Shown here one piece after another: positions 9,128 to 19,579 of a stretch of 64,000 bases of DNA. The position numbers were made by a program, and so were the translations under genes. The notes under the pieces were generated by a model that did not search any database, was not told the origin of the DNA, and worked only from the letters and a program-made list of their open reading frames with translations. This stretch comes from Acidobacteriota bacterium (lineage in GTDB: Bacteria; Acidobacteriota; Vicinamibacteria; Vicinamibacterales; UBA2999). Position 1 is the stretch's first letter. The number at the start of each line of letters is the position of its first letter. Location: the NCBI GenBank assembly GCA_013140775.1, contig JABFSA010000070.1, positions 38,838 through 102,837 of the forward strand, given 5' to 3'.

Positions 9128-10716
9128 CGTCTGCAGGCACGAGACGTGCCGGTTTGCTCGTTCCGCTGTTCTCGATGCCCTCGTCTCGAAGCTGGGGCAT
9201 CGGCGAGATCGGCGACATTCCGACGATGGCCGCGTGGATGTCGTCTGCGGGCCAGCGTGTGCTGCAGCTTCTGCCAATCAACGAAATGCCGCTGCATGAG
9301 ACGTCGCCCTACTCGGCGCTGAGTGCCATGGCGATCGATCCACAGTTCATCAGCATCGCGGACCTCGAGGATTTCGTCGCGTTGGGTGGAGAGCCTGCCC
9401 TCGAACCGGACTTACGGATACACCTCGAGCACGCTCGGGCAGCGAAGACTGTGGACTATGCCCTGGTTCGAACACTCAAGGAGACTGTCTTGCGACGCTC
9501 GTTCGCGCGCTTCGTCGCGGACGAGCTGGAGACGCAGACAGTACGTGCCGAGGCCTTTCGAGCGTATGTGGATGCCGAGTCATGGTGGCTGGACGACTAC
9601 GCGCTCTTTCGGGCGCTCCATGCAAAGTACGACGAAGGGCCGTGGAGCGAGTGGCCCGAGCCTCTCAGACGTCGCGAGCCTGCAGCGATCGCGGAAGCCC
9701 GTCTCGCGCTGACGAGAGACATCCTCTACCGCCAGTACCTGCAATGGGTCGCGGGTACTCAGTGGGCGGCGGCGCGCTCGGCCGTTGGTGACGTGGCGAT
9801 ATGGGGAGACCTGCCGTTCATGGTGAGCAGCGACAGCGCCGACGTCTGGGCGCGACAGGACGACTTCTGTTTTGACGTCTCGGTCGGTGTGCCCCCGGAC
9901 GCGTTCAGTGAAACCGGCCAGGACTGGAATCTTCCTGCCTATCGGTGGGACGTTGTACGCAGTGGTGGCTATGCCTGGTTGCGGGCTCGAGCGCGACGCA
10001 ACGCGGCGCTCTTCGACGGCTACCGGGTCGATCACCTGGTGGGTTTCTACCGCACGTACGTGCGTCCACTGGACGGAAGTGGCGCCCGATTTACTCCCGC
10101 AGAACAGGCGGATCAGATCGCGCTGGGTGAACAGGTGCTCGCCGTCTTTCGAGAGCCGGGCGCGGAGATCATCGCTGAAGATCTTGGAGTCGTGCCCCCG
10201 TTTGTCCGGGAGTCGCTCGAGCGGCAGGCGATTCCAGGCTACAAAGTGTTTCGATGGGAACGGGCCTGGCATCACGAGGGGCAACCGTTTCTCGACCCGG
10301 CCGGTTACTCGCCGCTGTCCGTGGCGACTTCGGGCACACACGATACTGAGCCTCTCGCGGTCTGGTGGGCGACAGCACCGCCAGAGGAGCGGCACGCCTT
10401 GCGGGCGATTCCCTCGCTGTGCGATCGCCTGTCGTCGCAGGAGTGTCTTTCAGCGTTTGAAGGGGACACGCTCTCGGCGCCGCTGAGGGATCTGCTGCTT
10501 GAAACGCTGTACGGCTCGAGCAGCATGCTGCTGATTCTTCCGATTCAGGATGTCTTCGGCTGGCGCGATCGCATCAACCAGCCAGCAACCGTCAACTCGT
10601 CCAACTGGACGTGGCGACTCCCCTGGCCAGTCGATCGTTTCAACGAAGAGCGAGAGGCGCTGGCGGTTGCGGGGAAACTCAAGAAGTGGGCCAAGAACAG
10701 CCGCAGGTCGCTATAA
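9121..10716 (+). CDS. malQ: 4-alpha-glucanotransferase (amylomaltase)
   Basis: GH77 hallmarks: SWGIGEIGD, LLPINE, SPYSALS, VDHLVGF, IAEDLG. Start set at ATG 9121, overlapping the preceding stop (ATGCTGA); the ORF-track start at 8926 is an upstream extension. Confidence 0.9.
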   Translation: MLTSAGTRRAGLLVPLFSMPSSRSWGIGEIGDIPTMAAWMSSAGQRVLQLLPINEMPLHETSPYSALSAMAIDPQFISIADLEDFVALGGEPALEPDLRIHLEHARAAKTVDYALVRTLKETVLRRSFARFVADELETQTVRAEAFRAYVDAESWWLDDYALFRALHAKYDEGPWSEWPEPLRRREPAAIAEARLALTRDILYRQYLQWVAGTQWAAARSAVGDVAIWGDLPFMVSSDSADVWARQDDFCFDVSVGVPPDAFSETGQDWNLPAYRWDVVRSGGYAWLRARARRNAALFDGYRVDHLVGFYRTYVRPLDGSGARFTPAEQADQIALGEQVLAVFREPGAEIIAEDLGVVPPFVRESLERQAIPGYKVFRWERAWHHEGQPFLDPAGYSPLSVATSGTHDTEPLAVWWATAPPEERHALRAIPSLCDRLSSQECLSAFEGDTLSAPLRDLLLETLYGSSSMLLILPIQDVFGWRDRINQPATVNSSNWTWRLPWPVDRFNEEREALAVAGKLKKWAKNSRRSL

Positions 10717-10725
10717 TCCCCAGCC

Positions 10726-13437
10726 GTGTCCTTCACGTCAGGCGCCCGCATCGGACCTTACGCGATCGTCGGCTCGCTCGGGGCGGGGGGAATGGGCGAA
10801 GTGTACCGTGCGACGGACACGACCCTGGGTCGCCAGGTCGCCATCAAAATCCTGCCCGACGCGTTCGCCGCTGACCCCAATCGCCTGGCGCGATTCGAGC
10901 GCGAGGCGAAGACTCTGGCTTCCCTGAGTCACTCCTGCATCGCGGCAGTCTACGGGTTTGAACGGTCCACTGCTGTGCACGCGCTAGTCATGGAACTCGT
11001 CGAGGGTGATGACCTGTCGCAGCGGATTGCGCGGGGCGTTATTCCGCTGGACGAAGCGCTTCCGATTGCGAAGCAGATTGCGGACGCGCTCGAGGCGGCG
11101 CACGAGCAGGGCATCATCCACCGCGACCTGAAGCCGGCGAACATCAAGGTGCGCCCCGATGGCACGGTGAAGGTGCTCGACTTCGGCCTCGCGAAGGCGC
11201 TCGACTCGGGACTCGGGGCTGGGGATCGGGGACCCGAACACGCGTCGATGGCACCGACGATCACGACGCCCGCGATGATGACGGGTGCCGGGATGATTCT
11301 CGGCACCGCCGCGTACATGTCGCCGGAGCAGGCTCGCGGCAGGGTCGTCGATCGGCGCGCTGATATCTGGGCATTCGGCGCGGTGCTCTTCGAGATGTTG
11401 ACCGGTCGTCGCGCGTTTCCCGGCGAGGACATGACCGACACGATCGTCTCGGTTGTCAGCAAGGAACCGGACTGGAGTGCGCTGCCGCCAGGGACGCCGA
11501 TGGCGCTGCGCCGGCTGCTCACCCGCTGTGTGAAGAAAGACGCCAAGGTCCGCTTGCGCGACATCGGCGACGCGCGGGTGCAGCTCGAGGAATTGCTCAG
11601 CGGAACGTCTGACGAGGTGACAATGGCTTCGTCAAGCACGCCGGCCGCGCCTGGGGCTCGCGTAGCCCCGCGGAGTTCGCGCGCGGCGTGGATGGCCTGT
11701 GCGGCGGTCGCGCTCCTGGCCGCCGGTCTGGCGATCCCCACCGTCCGGCATCTGCGCGAGACGCCACCACCGGCGCCACCGGAACAGCGCACCGAGATCA
11801 GCACGCCCGCGACGGGCGATCCCGAGTCGTTTGCGCTCTCACCCGACGGTCGGCAGATCGTCTTTGCCGCCACTGTGGATGGCGCTTCTCGTCTGTGGCT
11901 GCGATCCCTAGCGGCGACGACGGCCCAACCGCTGACGGGAACGGAGGGGGGACGCCATCCGTTCTGGTCGCCCGACAGTCGATCGATCGGTTTCTTCGCA
12001 ACCGGTGCACTGAAGCGCCTCGACCTCGAGGGGAGCTTGCCTCAGACGCTCGCACCGGTGCTCGCCGGTCAGGGTGGGTCGTGGAGCCCCGACGGCACGA
12101 TCGTCTTCGCGCCGAGCGTGACGAGCGCGCTGATGCGTGTGCGCGCCGCCGGCGGGCCGGCGACGGCGTTGGGCCCGCTTGCTCCACAGCAGATCGGGCA
12201 CGTCGGGCCCCACTTTCTCCCCGACGGCCGCCACTTCCTGTTCACGGCTCGAGGTGCACCAGAGGCCGGTGGGATCTTCGTCGGCACGCTCGATGGCGAC
12301 GCCCCGACGCGACTGGTGGCATCCGATGGCACCGGCGTGTATCTGGGTTCTGGGTGGCTCCTCTGGGTGAGGGCGGGGGCTCTCGTGGCGCAACAGTTCG
12401 ATGCGGCGCGGATGGTTCTGACGGGTGAACCGATGACGCTGGCCAACGGCGTGCCGGTGAGTGACTACAGCAGGAGCTGGGTCTCGGTGTCCGCGGCCGG
12501 CATGGTTGCGTACCGCACGGGCGAGGCGAGTCAGCGGCAGCTGAGATGGTTCGACCGATCGGGAGCGGCACGGGGTACGGTGGGCGATCCGGATGCCACT
12601 CTCTGGCATCCGATCATCTCACCCGACGGGCATCGCGTGGTCGTCGTTCGCACGGTTCAGGGCAACCTTGACCTGTGGCTGCGCGATGGCCCCAGGTCGA
12701 GCCGCCTCACATTCTCTCCGCAGGAGGACCGCTTTCCTGTGTGGTCGCCCGATGGCGCGCGGGTGGTGTTTCGGTCGATACGAACGGGGCAAGGCGACCT
12801 GTATCAGAAGCTGATCAACGGTGCGGGTACGGAGGAGCGCATCTTGGCGTCCGACCAGCTGAAGACCCCGGCCAGCTGGTCGGCGGACGGCCGCTATCTG
12901 ATGTACATGAGCCAGGACCCGGAGACGGGCACCGATCTCTGGGTGTTGCCGATGGAGGGGGAGCGGGCACCCACGGTGTTCCTGAAGACCCTCTTCCGAG
13001 AGGCCTACGGCGCGTTCTCACCCGATGGTCGCTGGGTGGCCTACCAGTCCGACGAGTCGGGCAGGCCGGAAGTCTACGTGCGACCCTTTGACTCGTCTGA
13101 CGCCGTGCCTGCTGACTCAGGAGCCTCGTCGGGCCGGTGGCAGGTCTCTACCGCCGGAGGCATTCTCCCGCGCTGGCGGCACGACGGCAAGGAACTCTAC
13201 TATCTCAATCCGGAGGGCGCGATGATGGCGGCACCAGTGACCGTGACCGGGTCCACATTCGAGCCGGGCGCGCCGATGACGCTTTTTCCCACGCGGATCT
13301 ATGGGGGTGGCGCTGACGTGCAGCAGGGTCGGCAGTACGACGTGGCCCCTGACGGCCGCTTCCTGATCAATACGGTCCCAGACGTAGCGGCTGCGCCCAT
13401 TACGCTGCTGCAGAACTGGCGTCCGCGAGAGAACTGA
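10726..13437 (+). CDS. Ser/Thr protein kinase with TM segment and C-terminal TolB-like (PD40/WD40-like) beta-propeller
   Basis: Hanks kinase motifs: GxGxxG (GAGGMGEV), AIK, HRDLKPAN, DFG, SPEQ. One TM helix (AWMACAAVALLAAGLAI), then repeated ..SPDG..IVF.. propeller blades. Confidence 0.9.
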   Translation: MSFTSGARIGPYAIVGSLGAGGMGEVYRATDTTLGRQVAIKILPDAFAADPNRLARFEREAKTLASLSHSCIAAVYGFERSTAVHALVMELVEGDDLSQRIARGVIPLDEALPIAKQIADALEAAHEQGIIHRDLKPANIKVRPDGTVKVLDFGLAKALDSGLGAGDRGPEHASMAPTITTPAMMTGAGMILGTAAYMSPEQARGRVVDRRADIWAFGAVLFEMLTGRRAFPGEDMTDTIVSVVSKEPDWSALPPGTPMALRRLLTRCVKKDAKVRLRDIGDARVQLEELLSGTSDEVTMASSSTPAAPGARVAPRSSRAAWMACAAVALLAAGLAIPTVRHLRETPPPAPPEQRTEISTPATGDPESFALSPDGRQIVFAATVDGASRLWLRSLAATTAQPLTGTEGGRHPFWSPDSRSIGFFATGALKRLDLEGSLPQTLAPVLAGQGGSWSPDGTIVFAPSVTSALMRVRAAGGPATALGPLAPQQIGHVGPHFLPDGRHFLFTARGAPEAGGIFVGTLDGDAPTRLVASDGTGVYLGSGWLLWVRAGALVAQQFDAARMVLTGEPMTLANGVPVSDYSRSWVSVSAAGMVAYRTGEASQRQLRWFDRSGAARGTVGDPDATLWHPIISPDGHRVVVVRTVQGNLDLWLRDGPRSSRLTFSPQEDRFPVWSPDGARVVFRSIRTGQGDLYQKLINGAGTEERILASDQLKTPASWSADGRYLMYMSQDPETGTDLWVLPMEGERAPTVFLKTLFREAYGAFSPDGRWVAYQSDESGRPEVYVRPFDSSDAVPADSGASSGRWQVSTAGGILPRWRHDGKELYYLNPEGAMMAAPVTVTGSTFEPGAPMTLFPTRIYGGGADVQQGRQYDVAPDGRFLINTVPDVAAAPITLLQNWRPREN
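11203..11240 (+). repeat. Degenerate G-rich heptamer array (GACTCGG GACTCGG GGCTGGG GATCGGG GACCCGA) inside the kinase activation-loop coding region
   Basis: Read directly from sequence. 11203-11225 matches the reverse complement of 39830-39852 at 22/23 nt. Four G3-4 runs separated by 2-4 nt. Confidence 0.75.
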
Positions 13438-13472
13438 GCAGCTACGGACGAAGCGAGGGTGTGAGGTGCGGC

Positions 13473-13991
13473 TCAGCTGCGTGAGACGCCGGGCAGGAGG
13501 CGTCCGTGCTCGACTCGCAGTGCGACGAGGTCTGGGTGGTCGATCCGAAGCTCCTTGGCGATGGAGTGGATCTGACCCTCTTCGGTCGTTGAGATCGTCT
13601 CATCGGTAGCCGACACGGCGAAGAGACACCGCATCAGCGCGAGCTTCTGGTCGTACGTCGCGAGGGATGAAAACTCGCGGGCGACAAGGAAGTTCGCTGT
13701 GCCTCCAAAGAGCAGCGTTGCCGTCTTGGCCAGCTGGACGACGACCATCGCCTGGTCGCGCGACAACTGCCCGTGCTCCTGCACAAGCGTTTCCATCGTG
13801 CTGGTTTCTTCCGCTGAGAAGTGCTGGTCGGCGTGCGCGACGCGTCCGAGCAGGTACGCAAAGGCCGCCAGATACCGGGCGCGGTCTGGCTCGAGGTGAT
13901 CCAGTGCGTCGAGCGTCTCACGCAGCGGCGCAAACTCGTCGTGGGTCGGCGTATCGACACCAAGCCACGCGCGCAAGGACTTCAACGGCAC
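13473..13991 (-). CDS. TerB-family (tellurite-resistance TerB-like) protein
   Basis: 172 aa helical protein with a TerB-like pattern (..AHADQHFSAEE.. and ..AVSATDETISTTEEGQI..). Confidence 0.65.
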   Translation of the reverse strand: MPLKSLRAWLGVDTPTHDEFAPLRETLDALDHLEPDRARYLAAFAYLLGRVAHADQHFSAEETSTMETLVQEHGQLSRDQAMVVVQLAKTATLLFGGTANFLVAREFSSLATYDQKLALMRCLFAVSATDETISTTEEGQIHSIAKELRIDHPDLVALRVEHGRLLPGVSRS

Positions 13992-13997
13992 GGCGCC

Positions 13998-15695
13998 CTA
14001 TTTCCCTTGAATCCTCGCCCACGAGTCCTTGAGCGTGACAGTCCGGTTGAAAACTGGCGCGCCGGGACGGGAGTCGGGATCAGTGCAGAAATAGCCCAGT
14101 CGTTCGAACTGGAACCGATCGCCCGGCGCGGACTCGGCCAGCGCAGGTTCGATCTTGCAACCCGAGACGCGCTCGAGTGATCCGGGATTGAGATCGGTGA
14201 GGGGGTCGCGGCCGCCCTCTCCGGGATCGGATGACTGGAAAAGCCGGTCGTAGATCCGGACTTCCGCATCTTTGGCTTCGCGTGCGGACAGCCAGTGGAT
14301 CGTGCCTTTCACTCGCCGGTTTGCCGTCTCGCCGTTCAGCGAGCCGGGGTCGTAGCTGCAGCGAAGCTCGATCACGGCACCAGACGGGTCCTTCACCACG
14401 CGTTCGCACTTGAGGATGTACGCATATCGCAGACGCACTTCGCTCCCGGGCGAGAGCCGGAAGAATTTCTTCGGTGGCACCTCCATGAAGTCGTCGCGCT
14501 CGATGAAGAGCTCACGGGAAAACGGCAACAGGCGCGTGCCAGCGGACGGATCTTCAGGGTTGTTGATCGCCTGGACCTGTTCGGTGCGGTCTTCCGGATA
14601 GTTCTCGATGACGACTTTCAAAGGACGAACGACGGCCAGCGCGCGCAGGGCACGGCGATTCAGATCCTCCCGGACGGTGTGCTCCAGGAGCGCGACGTCG
14701 ATGACGTTCTCCTTCTTCGCGACACCGATGCGTGCGCAGAAGTCCCGTATGGCCTCTGGCGTGAAACCACGACGCCTGAATCCGGCAATCGTCGGCATCC
14801 GGGGATCGTCCCAGCCATTCACGATGTTCTGCTCGACGAGCGCCAGCAGCTTCCGTTTGCTCATCACGGTGAAGTTCAGATTGAGACGGGCGAATTCAAT
14901 CTGCTGCGGTTGCCCTGGTGGCCTGGTCTGCTCGATCACCCAGTCGTACAGCGGCCGATGATCCTCGAACTCGAGCGTGCACAGAGAGTGCGTGACGCCT
15001 TCGAGCGCGTCCGAGATCGGGTGCGCGTAGTCGTAGGTCGGGTAGATACACCAGGCGTCGCCCGTGCGGTGATGCGTCGCATGCCGGATCCGATAGAGCG
15101 TGGGATCACGCATGTTCATGTTCGGCGACGACATGTCGATCTTTGCGCGCAGAACATGGACGCCGTCCGGGAACTCGCCCGCTCGCATGCGGCGGAACAG
15201 GTCCAGGTTCTCTGTGGCGGGACGTTCGCGATACCGGCTGTTTCGTCCCGGGTCGGTCAGCGTGCCGCGATGCTCCCGGATCTCGTCAGCCGTGAGGCTG
15301 TCAACATACGCCTTCCCGTCGAGGATGAGCTGCTCCGCATATCCGTACAGCGCCTCGAAGTAGTCGGACGCGTAGAACATGCGTTCGCCCCAGTCGAAGC
15401 CCAGCCAGCGCACGTCTTCCTGGATGGAATCGACGTACTCGACGTCTTCCTTCGTGGGGTTGGTGTCGTCGAACCGCAGATTGCAGAACCCACCAAACTC
15501 GACGGCAACACCGAAGTTCAGGCAGATCGATTTCGCGTGGCCGATATGCAGATAACCATTCGGCTCGGGCGGAAAACGCGTGACCACACGGCCGGCGTGC
15601 TTGCCGGTGCGCTGGTCGTCGGCAACGATCGTTCGAATGAAATCGGAGGATGCCGGCCCTGTGGTGGTGCCGGCTAGAGGATCCATTGGGGGCAT
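13998..15695 (-). CDS. glnS: glutamine--tRNA ligase
   Basis: Class I aaRS HIGH motif ([13 protein letters not shown]) and VMSKR (KMSKS-type). C-terminal ..[11 protein letters not shown]......PVFNRTV.L.D.W as in E. coli GlnS. Confidence 0.95.
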   Translation of the reverse strand: MPPMDPLAGTTTGPASSDFIRTIVADDQRTGKHAGRVVTRFPPEPNGYLHIGHAKSICLNFGVAVEFGGFCNLRFDDTNPTKEDVEYVDSIQEDVRWLGFDWGERMFYASDYFEALYGYAEQLILDGKAYVDSLTADEIREHRGTLTDPGRNSRYRERPATENLDLFRRMRAGEFPDGVHVLRAKIDMSSPNMNMRDPTLYRIRHATHHRTGDAWCIYPTYDYAHPISDALEGVTHSLCTLEFEDHRPLYDWVIEQTRPPGQPQQIEFARLNLNFTVMSKRKLLALVEQNIVNGWDDPRMPTIAGFRRRGFTPEAIRDFCARIGVAKKENVIDVALLEHTVREDLNRRALRALAVVRPLKVVIENYPEDRTEQVQAINNPEDPSAGTRLLPFSRELFIERDDFMEVPPKKFFRLSPGSEVRLRYAYILKCERVVKDPSGAVIELRCSYDPGSLNGETANRRVKGTIHWLSAREAKDAEVRIYDRLFQSSDPGEGGRDPLTDLNPGSLERVSGCKIEPALAESAPGDRFQFERLGYFCTDPDSRPGAPVFNRTVTLKDSWARIQGK

Positions 15696-16972
15696 TATCT
15701 CATTCGGGATTCGGGATTCGGGTCCAGATCGTCGGTCGTGGCGCCCTCGGGGAGTCCCATGAGACCTACCTGTTTCAGGACTCTCGGCACGGTATCGATG
15801 GGGTCGGCGGGAGGGATCTCGTCGGCCGTGGTCAGTTTGAGTTCCTTCAGCCTCCGAGCGCTCACAAGCACCCGGGACTCGAACGACCCGGCCGCTTCGT
15901 TGTACGCCTGAACCGCACCGTCGAGTTTCTTCCGGACCTCGTCGAATCGATCGGCAAATACCGCCAGCCTGTCGTAGAACTCCCGGCCGAGCCGCGCCAC
16001 TTCGCGGTAGTTCTCGGTCAGCGCTTCCTGCTGCCAGGAATGAGCCACGGTCGTCAAGAGCGCGATCAGCGTGATCGGGCTCGCCAGCAGCACGCGTTGC
16101 CTGAGCCCATGCTCTATGAGCCCGAGATCGTGCTGAAGAGCCGCGCTGAACAGCGTCTCTCCCGGCAGGAACATGACGACCATCTCCGGAGAATCCTCGA
16201 GCGATTCCCAGTACGCTTTGCTGCCGAGCTTGTCCATGTGGTCGCGCACCTGCCGGGCATGGGCCTGCAGGCGCGATCCCCGAACATCGTCATCTGACGT
16301 TTCCTGCGCGTCGAGGAATGCTTCGAGAGGCGCCTTTGCGTCCACCACAATCTGCTTTCCGCCTGGGAGCCTGACGATGACGTCGGGCCGAAGGCGGCCG
16401 GTGTCGCCGAGAAACGAGGGCTGCTCGTCGAAATCACACCGCTGTACCATGCCGGCGATCTCGACCACGCGTCGAAGCTGCATCTCTCCCCAGCGTCCTC
16501 GCACGGCGGGAGTCCGCAGTGCGCGCGAGAGAGCATTGGTCGTGGACCCAAGAGCAGCGACCTGTTCTGTCAGCCGTGCGTATGCTGACACCCTGTCGTG
16601 CTCAGCCTCCGACAGTCGCGTATCGACTCGCTTCAAAGCGTCGGATAACGGCTGCTGGAAACCGGCGAAGGAGGTTTTCGCGAGGTCCAGAAACGCCGAT
16701 CGGTTGTCCTTGAGCGCTTCGGCCGCGAGCGATTGAAACGCGTCGCGCAGCCGCGCGTCGGCAGTGTCGAGAAGACCTTCGGTGGACGCCAGACTTTGCT
16801 TCTGGCGCTCAACCTCATCCGTCAACCACTTGTTGTCCTGCCTGGTCGCTGCCAGTTCCGCGACCATATCAGCTCGGGCCTCAGCGACCTGACGATCTGC
16901 GCGGGATCGCGCCAGCAGGGTCGCGACGATCGCACCGATCGCCGCCGCGACCGCGGGGAAAATCCAGTCCAT
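15695..16972 (-). CDS. rmuC: DNA recombination protein RmuC
   Basis: N-terminal TM, coiled coil, then the RmuC nuclease-like domain. Start set at ATG 16972 (MDWIFPAV..); the track ORF to 17455 is an unsupported extension. Stop TAA overlaps the glnS ATG (TAATG). Confidence 0.88.
   Translation of the reverse strand: MDWIFPAVAAAIGAIVATLLARSRADRQVAEARADMVAELAATRQDNKWLTDEVERQKQSLASTEGLLDTADARLRDAFQSLAAEALKDNRSAFLDLAKTSFAGFQQPLSDALKRVDTRLSEAEHDRVSAYARLTEQVAALGSTTNALSRALRTPAVRGRWGEMQLRRVVEIAGMVQRCDFDEQPSFLGDTGRLRPDVIVRLPGGKQIVVDAKAPLEAFLDAQETSDDDVRGSRLQAHARQVRDHMDKLGSKAYWESLEDSPEMVVMFLPGETLFSAALQHDLGLIEHGLRQRVLLASPITLIALLTTVAHSWQQEALTENYREVARLGREFYDRLAVFADRFDEVRKKLDGAVQAYNEAAGSFESRVLVSARRLKELKLTTADEIPPADPIDTVPRVLKQVGLMGLPEGATTDDLDPNPESRMR
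15702..15722. repeat. 3 perfect ATTCGGG heptamers at the rmuC 3' end / glnS start junction
   Basis: cATTCGGGATTCGGGATTCGGGtcc. On the minus strand it encodes the last RmuC residues, DPNPESRMR*. Confidence 0.8.
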
Positions 16973-16979
16973 ATTGTAG

Positions 16980-18299
16980 GTGTGGGAGAGACCGCAGTGT
17001 AGCACCGGCCGGGGTGATACGATCGCCGGGTTGAGGATCTGGAGCCTCGCTCTCACCTGCTGTGTTGCCGTCGCTGGCTGCGGTGGTGGCGATCTCCGGC
17101 CGACACCTTCCCAGGGTCGGGACATTGTTCTGACGCCCGACAGCGCGCTCGTGCGCGGAGAAGTTCCGGAGAGCGCGACGCTCGACAGCATGCTGCGCGA
17201 ACACGGCCTGGCGGAGCAGGTCGTCAGCGCAGTCGTTGACGCCGCCCGCGTGGTCTTCGACCCCAGACGGCTTCGTGCTGCTCGTCCCTTTGTGCTCGAG
17301 CGAAGTCTCGATGGCGGCCTCCGACACTTCGAATACGAGATCGACGCGGACTCACTTCTTCGTGTGACACCGGTCGCCCCGGGCGCTGAAGACTTACGCG
17401 CTGACGTCTCACCGATCCCGAAAACACTGGAACAGGCATCGGTCGCGGCGGCCATTGACGATGCAGCGCCGTCACTCTTTCAGGCGATGAGCGCCGCAGG
17501 CGAGAGCCCGGAACTTGCGATTGCGCTCGCGCAGGTGTTTGCCGGAGAGATCGACTTCAACACCGAGCTGCAGCCCGGCGACCGTTTTGTCGTCAGCTTC
17601 GAGCGCTTCGTCCGCGAGGAGCGGCCGTCATCCTACGGTGCGATCACCGCGGCTGAGTTTCACAACGATGGCCGACGCATTCGCGCGATCCGCTTCACGC
17701 CTCCTGGCGCTGAACCGGGCTATTTCGACGAGCAGGGGCGCTCGTTGCGCCGGTTCTTCCTTCGCTCGCCGCTGAAGTTCGATCCCCGCATCACGTCGAG
17801 ATATTCGTCGAGCCGATTTCACCCTGTGCTCCAGACTGCGCGCGCACACCGCGGCGTTGACTACGGCGCCCCGACGGGCGCCCCGGTCGTCTCAGTGGCT
17901 GCGGGAACGGTCCTATCTGCCACATCCGACAACGTGAATGGCCGGATGGTTCGCATTCGGCACGGAAGCGGATACGATTCGTATTACCTGCATCTGTCGG
18001 CCTTTGGGGCTGGCATTCGCGGTGGCGCGCGAGTGGATCAGGGCCAGACGATCGGCCTGGTGGGGTCAACGGGCCTCGCGACAGGACCGCATCTTCACTA
18101 CGGCTTGCAGAAGAACGGGGCGTGGGTCGATCCGCTTCGCGAACATCGCAACATGCCGCCTGGTGATCCGGTTCCCGCTGCTGCCATGGATGAGTTCCAG
18201 GTGGCGCGCGACGCGGCGCTGACGACGCTGCAGGATGCTCTGACGTCGCCCGAAGCGGGGCCGCGTGAGCCCGGGATGCGCGCACAGAAGACAGAATAG
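16980..18299 (+). CDS. M23-family metallopeptidase (lipoprotein)
   Basis: M23 motifs H..VDY (AHRGVDYGAP) and GSTG.ATGPHLHY. An alternative TTG start at 17031 would give the lipoprotein signal MRIWSLALTCCVAVAGC. Start uncertain. Confidence 0.85.
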   Translation: MWERPQCSTGRGDTIAGLRIWSLALTCCVAVAGCGGGDLRPTPSQGRDIVLTPDSALVRGEVPESATLDSMLREHGLAEQVVSAVVDAARVVFDPRRLRAARPFVLERSLDGGLRHFEYEIDADSLLRVTPVAPGAEDLRADVSPIPKTLEQASVAAAIDDAAPSLFQAMSAAGESPELAIALAQVFAGEIDFNTELQPGDRFVVSFERFVREERPSSYGAITAAEFHNDGRRIRAIRFTPPGAEPGYFDEQGRSLRRFFLRSPLKFDPRITSRYSSSRFHPVLQTARAHRGVDYGAPTGAPVVSVAAGTVLSATSDNVNGRMVRIRHGSGYDSYYLHLSAFGAGIRGGARVDQGQTIGLVGSTGLATGPHLHYGLQKNGAWVDPLREHRNMPPGDPVPAAAMDEFQVARDAALTTLQDALTSPEAGPREPGMRAQKTE

Positions 18300-18333
18300 T
18301 GGTTCAGCGTTAGTTCGTTCTTACAGAGTTCCC

Positions 18334-19554
18334 ATGGCCATCATCAGTCCGTTTCGGGCCCTCAGGCCCACTCCCGCCTCTGCCCGTGCTGTCGCCGAGG
18401 TGCCCTACGACGTCGTGAATACCGAAGAGGCGCGCGCGCTCGCCGCCGGCAATCCGCTGAGCTTTCTCCATGTGTCGCGTGCCGAGATCGATCTGCCCTC
18501 AGGAACCAACCCCTACAGCGATGCCGTCTACACGAAGGCCCGTGAAAATTTCGCGAGCCTGAAGGCGACGGCGCCGCTCGTGCTGGAAGACTCGCCGACC
18601 TTGTATGTCTACCGCCTGCAGAGAGAGCAGCACGTACAGACCGGCGTGGCCGGGTGTTTCTCAGTGGCCGAGTACGACGCTGACATCATCAAGAAACACG
18701 AGCGGACTCGAAAAGACAAGGAAGACGACCGCACGCGCCACATCATCGAATTGCGTGCGCAGACTGGACCCGTGTTTCTCATCCACACGGCGTCTTCGGC
18801 AGTGTCGTCCATTGTCGAACTGACGACACAGCGGAGCCAGCTGTTCGATTTCACTGCCGGCGATGGCGTGAAGCACACGTTGTGGCCTGTTGCGGCGGCG
18901 GACACGCAGTCCCTCGTCGCCGCGTTCAAGGCAATGCCCGGTCTTTACATTGCTGACGGGCATCATCGTGCGGCCAGCGCGGCTCGCACGCGGCAGCATC
19001 TGCGGGGAACGTCTGCGGCAGCGGGTGAGTGGGATACGTTCCTGGCCGTTGCGTTCCCTGATGACCAGATGAACGTGCTGCCGTACAACCGGCTCGTCAA
19101 GGATCTCGGCACCCACACGCTTGAGACATTTCTCACAGCGCTCGGCCAGGCTGTGTCGGTCAGCAAGGGAGGACCGGCGGCGCCGGCCAGGAAAGGCGAG
19201 GTCTCGATGTATCTCGCTGGCGCCTGGTACACGCTTGGCCTCGGCGCCGTGCCCGCTGGAACCAGTGCCGCGCACGGACTCGATGTGAGTCGTCTCCAGG
19301 ATCTAGTGCTCACGCCTCTCCTGGGTATAGGCGACGTGCGAACCGACAAACGAATCGACTTTGTCGGCGGCGCACGCGGGACCGCGGCTCTCGAGTCTGC
19401 CGTGTCTTCGGGGGAGGCGGCGGTCGCCTTCTCGATGTACCCCGTCAGCGTGGGCGACCTCATGGCCATCTCTGATGCTGGCGGTATCATGCCGCCCAAG
19501 TCCACGTGGTTCGAGCCGAAGCTCCGCGACGGACTGCTGTCGCACGTGATCTGA
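18334..19554 (+). CDS. DUF1015 domain-containing protein
   Basis: N-terminal I.PFRALRP.....VAEVPYDV and ..ADGHHR.. blocks typical of DUF1015. Start set at ATG 18334. Confidence 0.8.
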   Translation: MAIISPFRALRPTPASARAVAEVPYDVVNTEEARALAAGNPLSFLHVSRAEIDLPSGTNPYSDAVYTKARENFASLKATAPLVLEDSPTLYVYRLQREQHVQTGVAGCFSVAEYDADIIKKHERTRKDKEDDRTRHIIELRAQTGPVFLIHTASSAVSSIVELTTQRSQLFDFTAGDGVKHTLWPVAAADTQSLVAAFKAMPGLYIADGHHRAASAARTRQHLRGTSAAAGEWDTFLAVAFPDDQMNVLPYNRLVKDLGTHTLETFLTALGQAVSVSKGGPAAPARKGEVSMYLAGAWYTLGLGAVPAGTSAAHGLDVSRLQDLVLTPLLGIGDVRTDKRIDFVGGARGTAALESAVSSGEAAVAFSMYPVSVGDLMAISDAGGIMPPKSTWFEPKLRDGLLSHVI

Positions 19555-19579
19555 TTTCTTAGAAGTGCAGGAGTACTCA

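Noticed and set aside
16973-17455. N-terminal extensions in the ORF track: rmuC to 17455, pcnB to 22652, malQ from 8926, the histidine kinase from 48086, GT4 to 55537, GT to 54002, STAS to 59080, the J-domain protein from 36113, the mutase to 41334 and DUF1015 from 18265.
   Set aside because: The extended parts overlap neighbouring genes, are Arg/Pro-rich and lack homology-like features. Internal starts coincide with conserved N-termini, signal peptides, RBS motifs or stop/start junctions.
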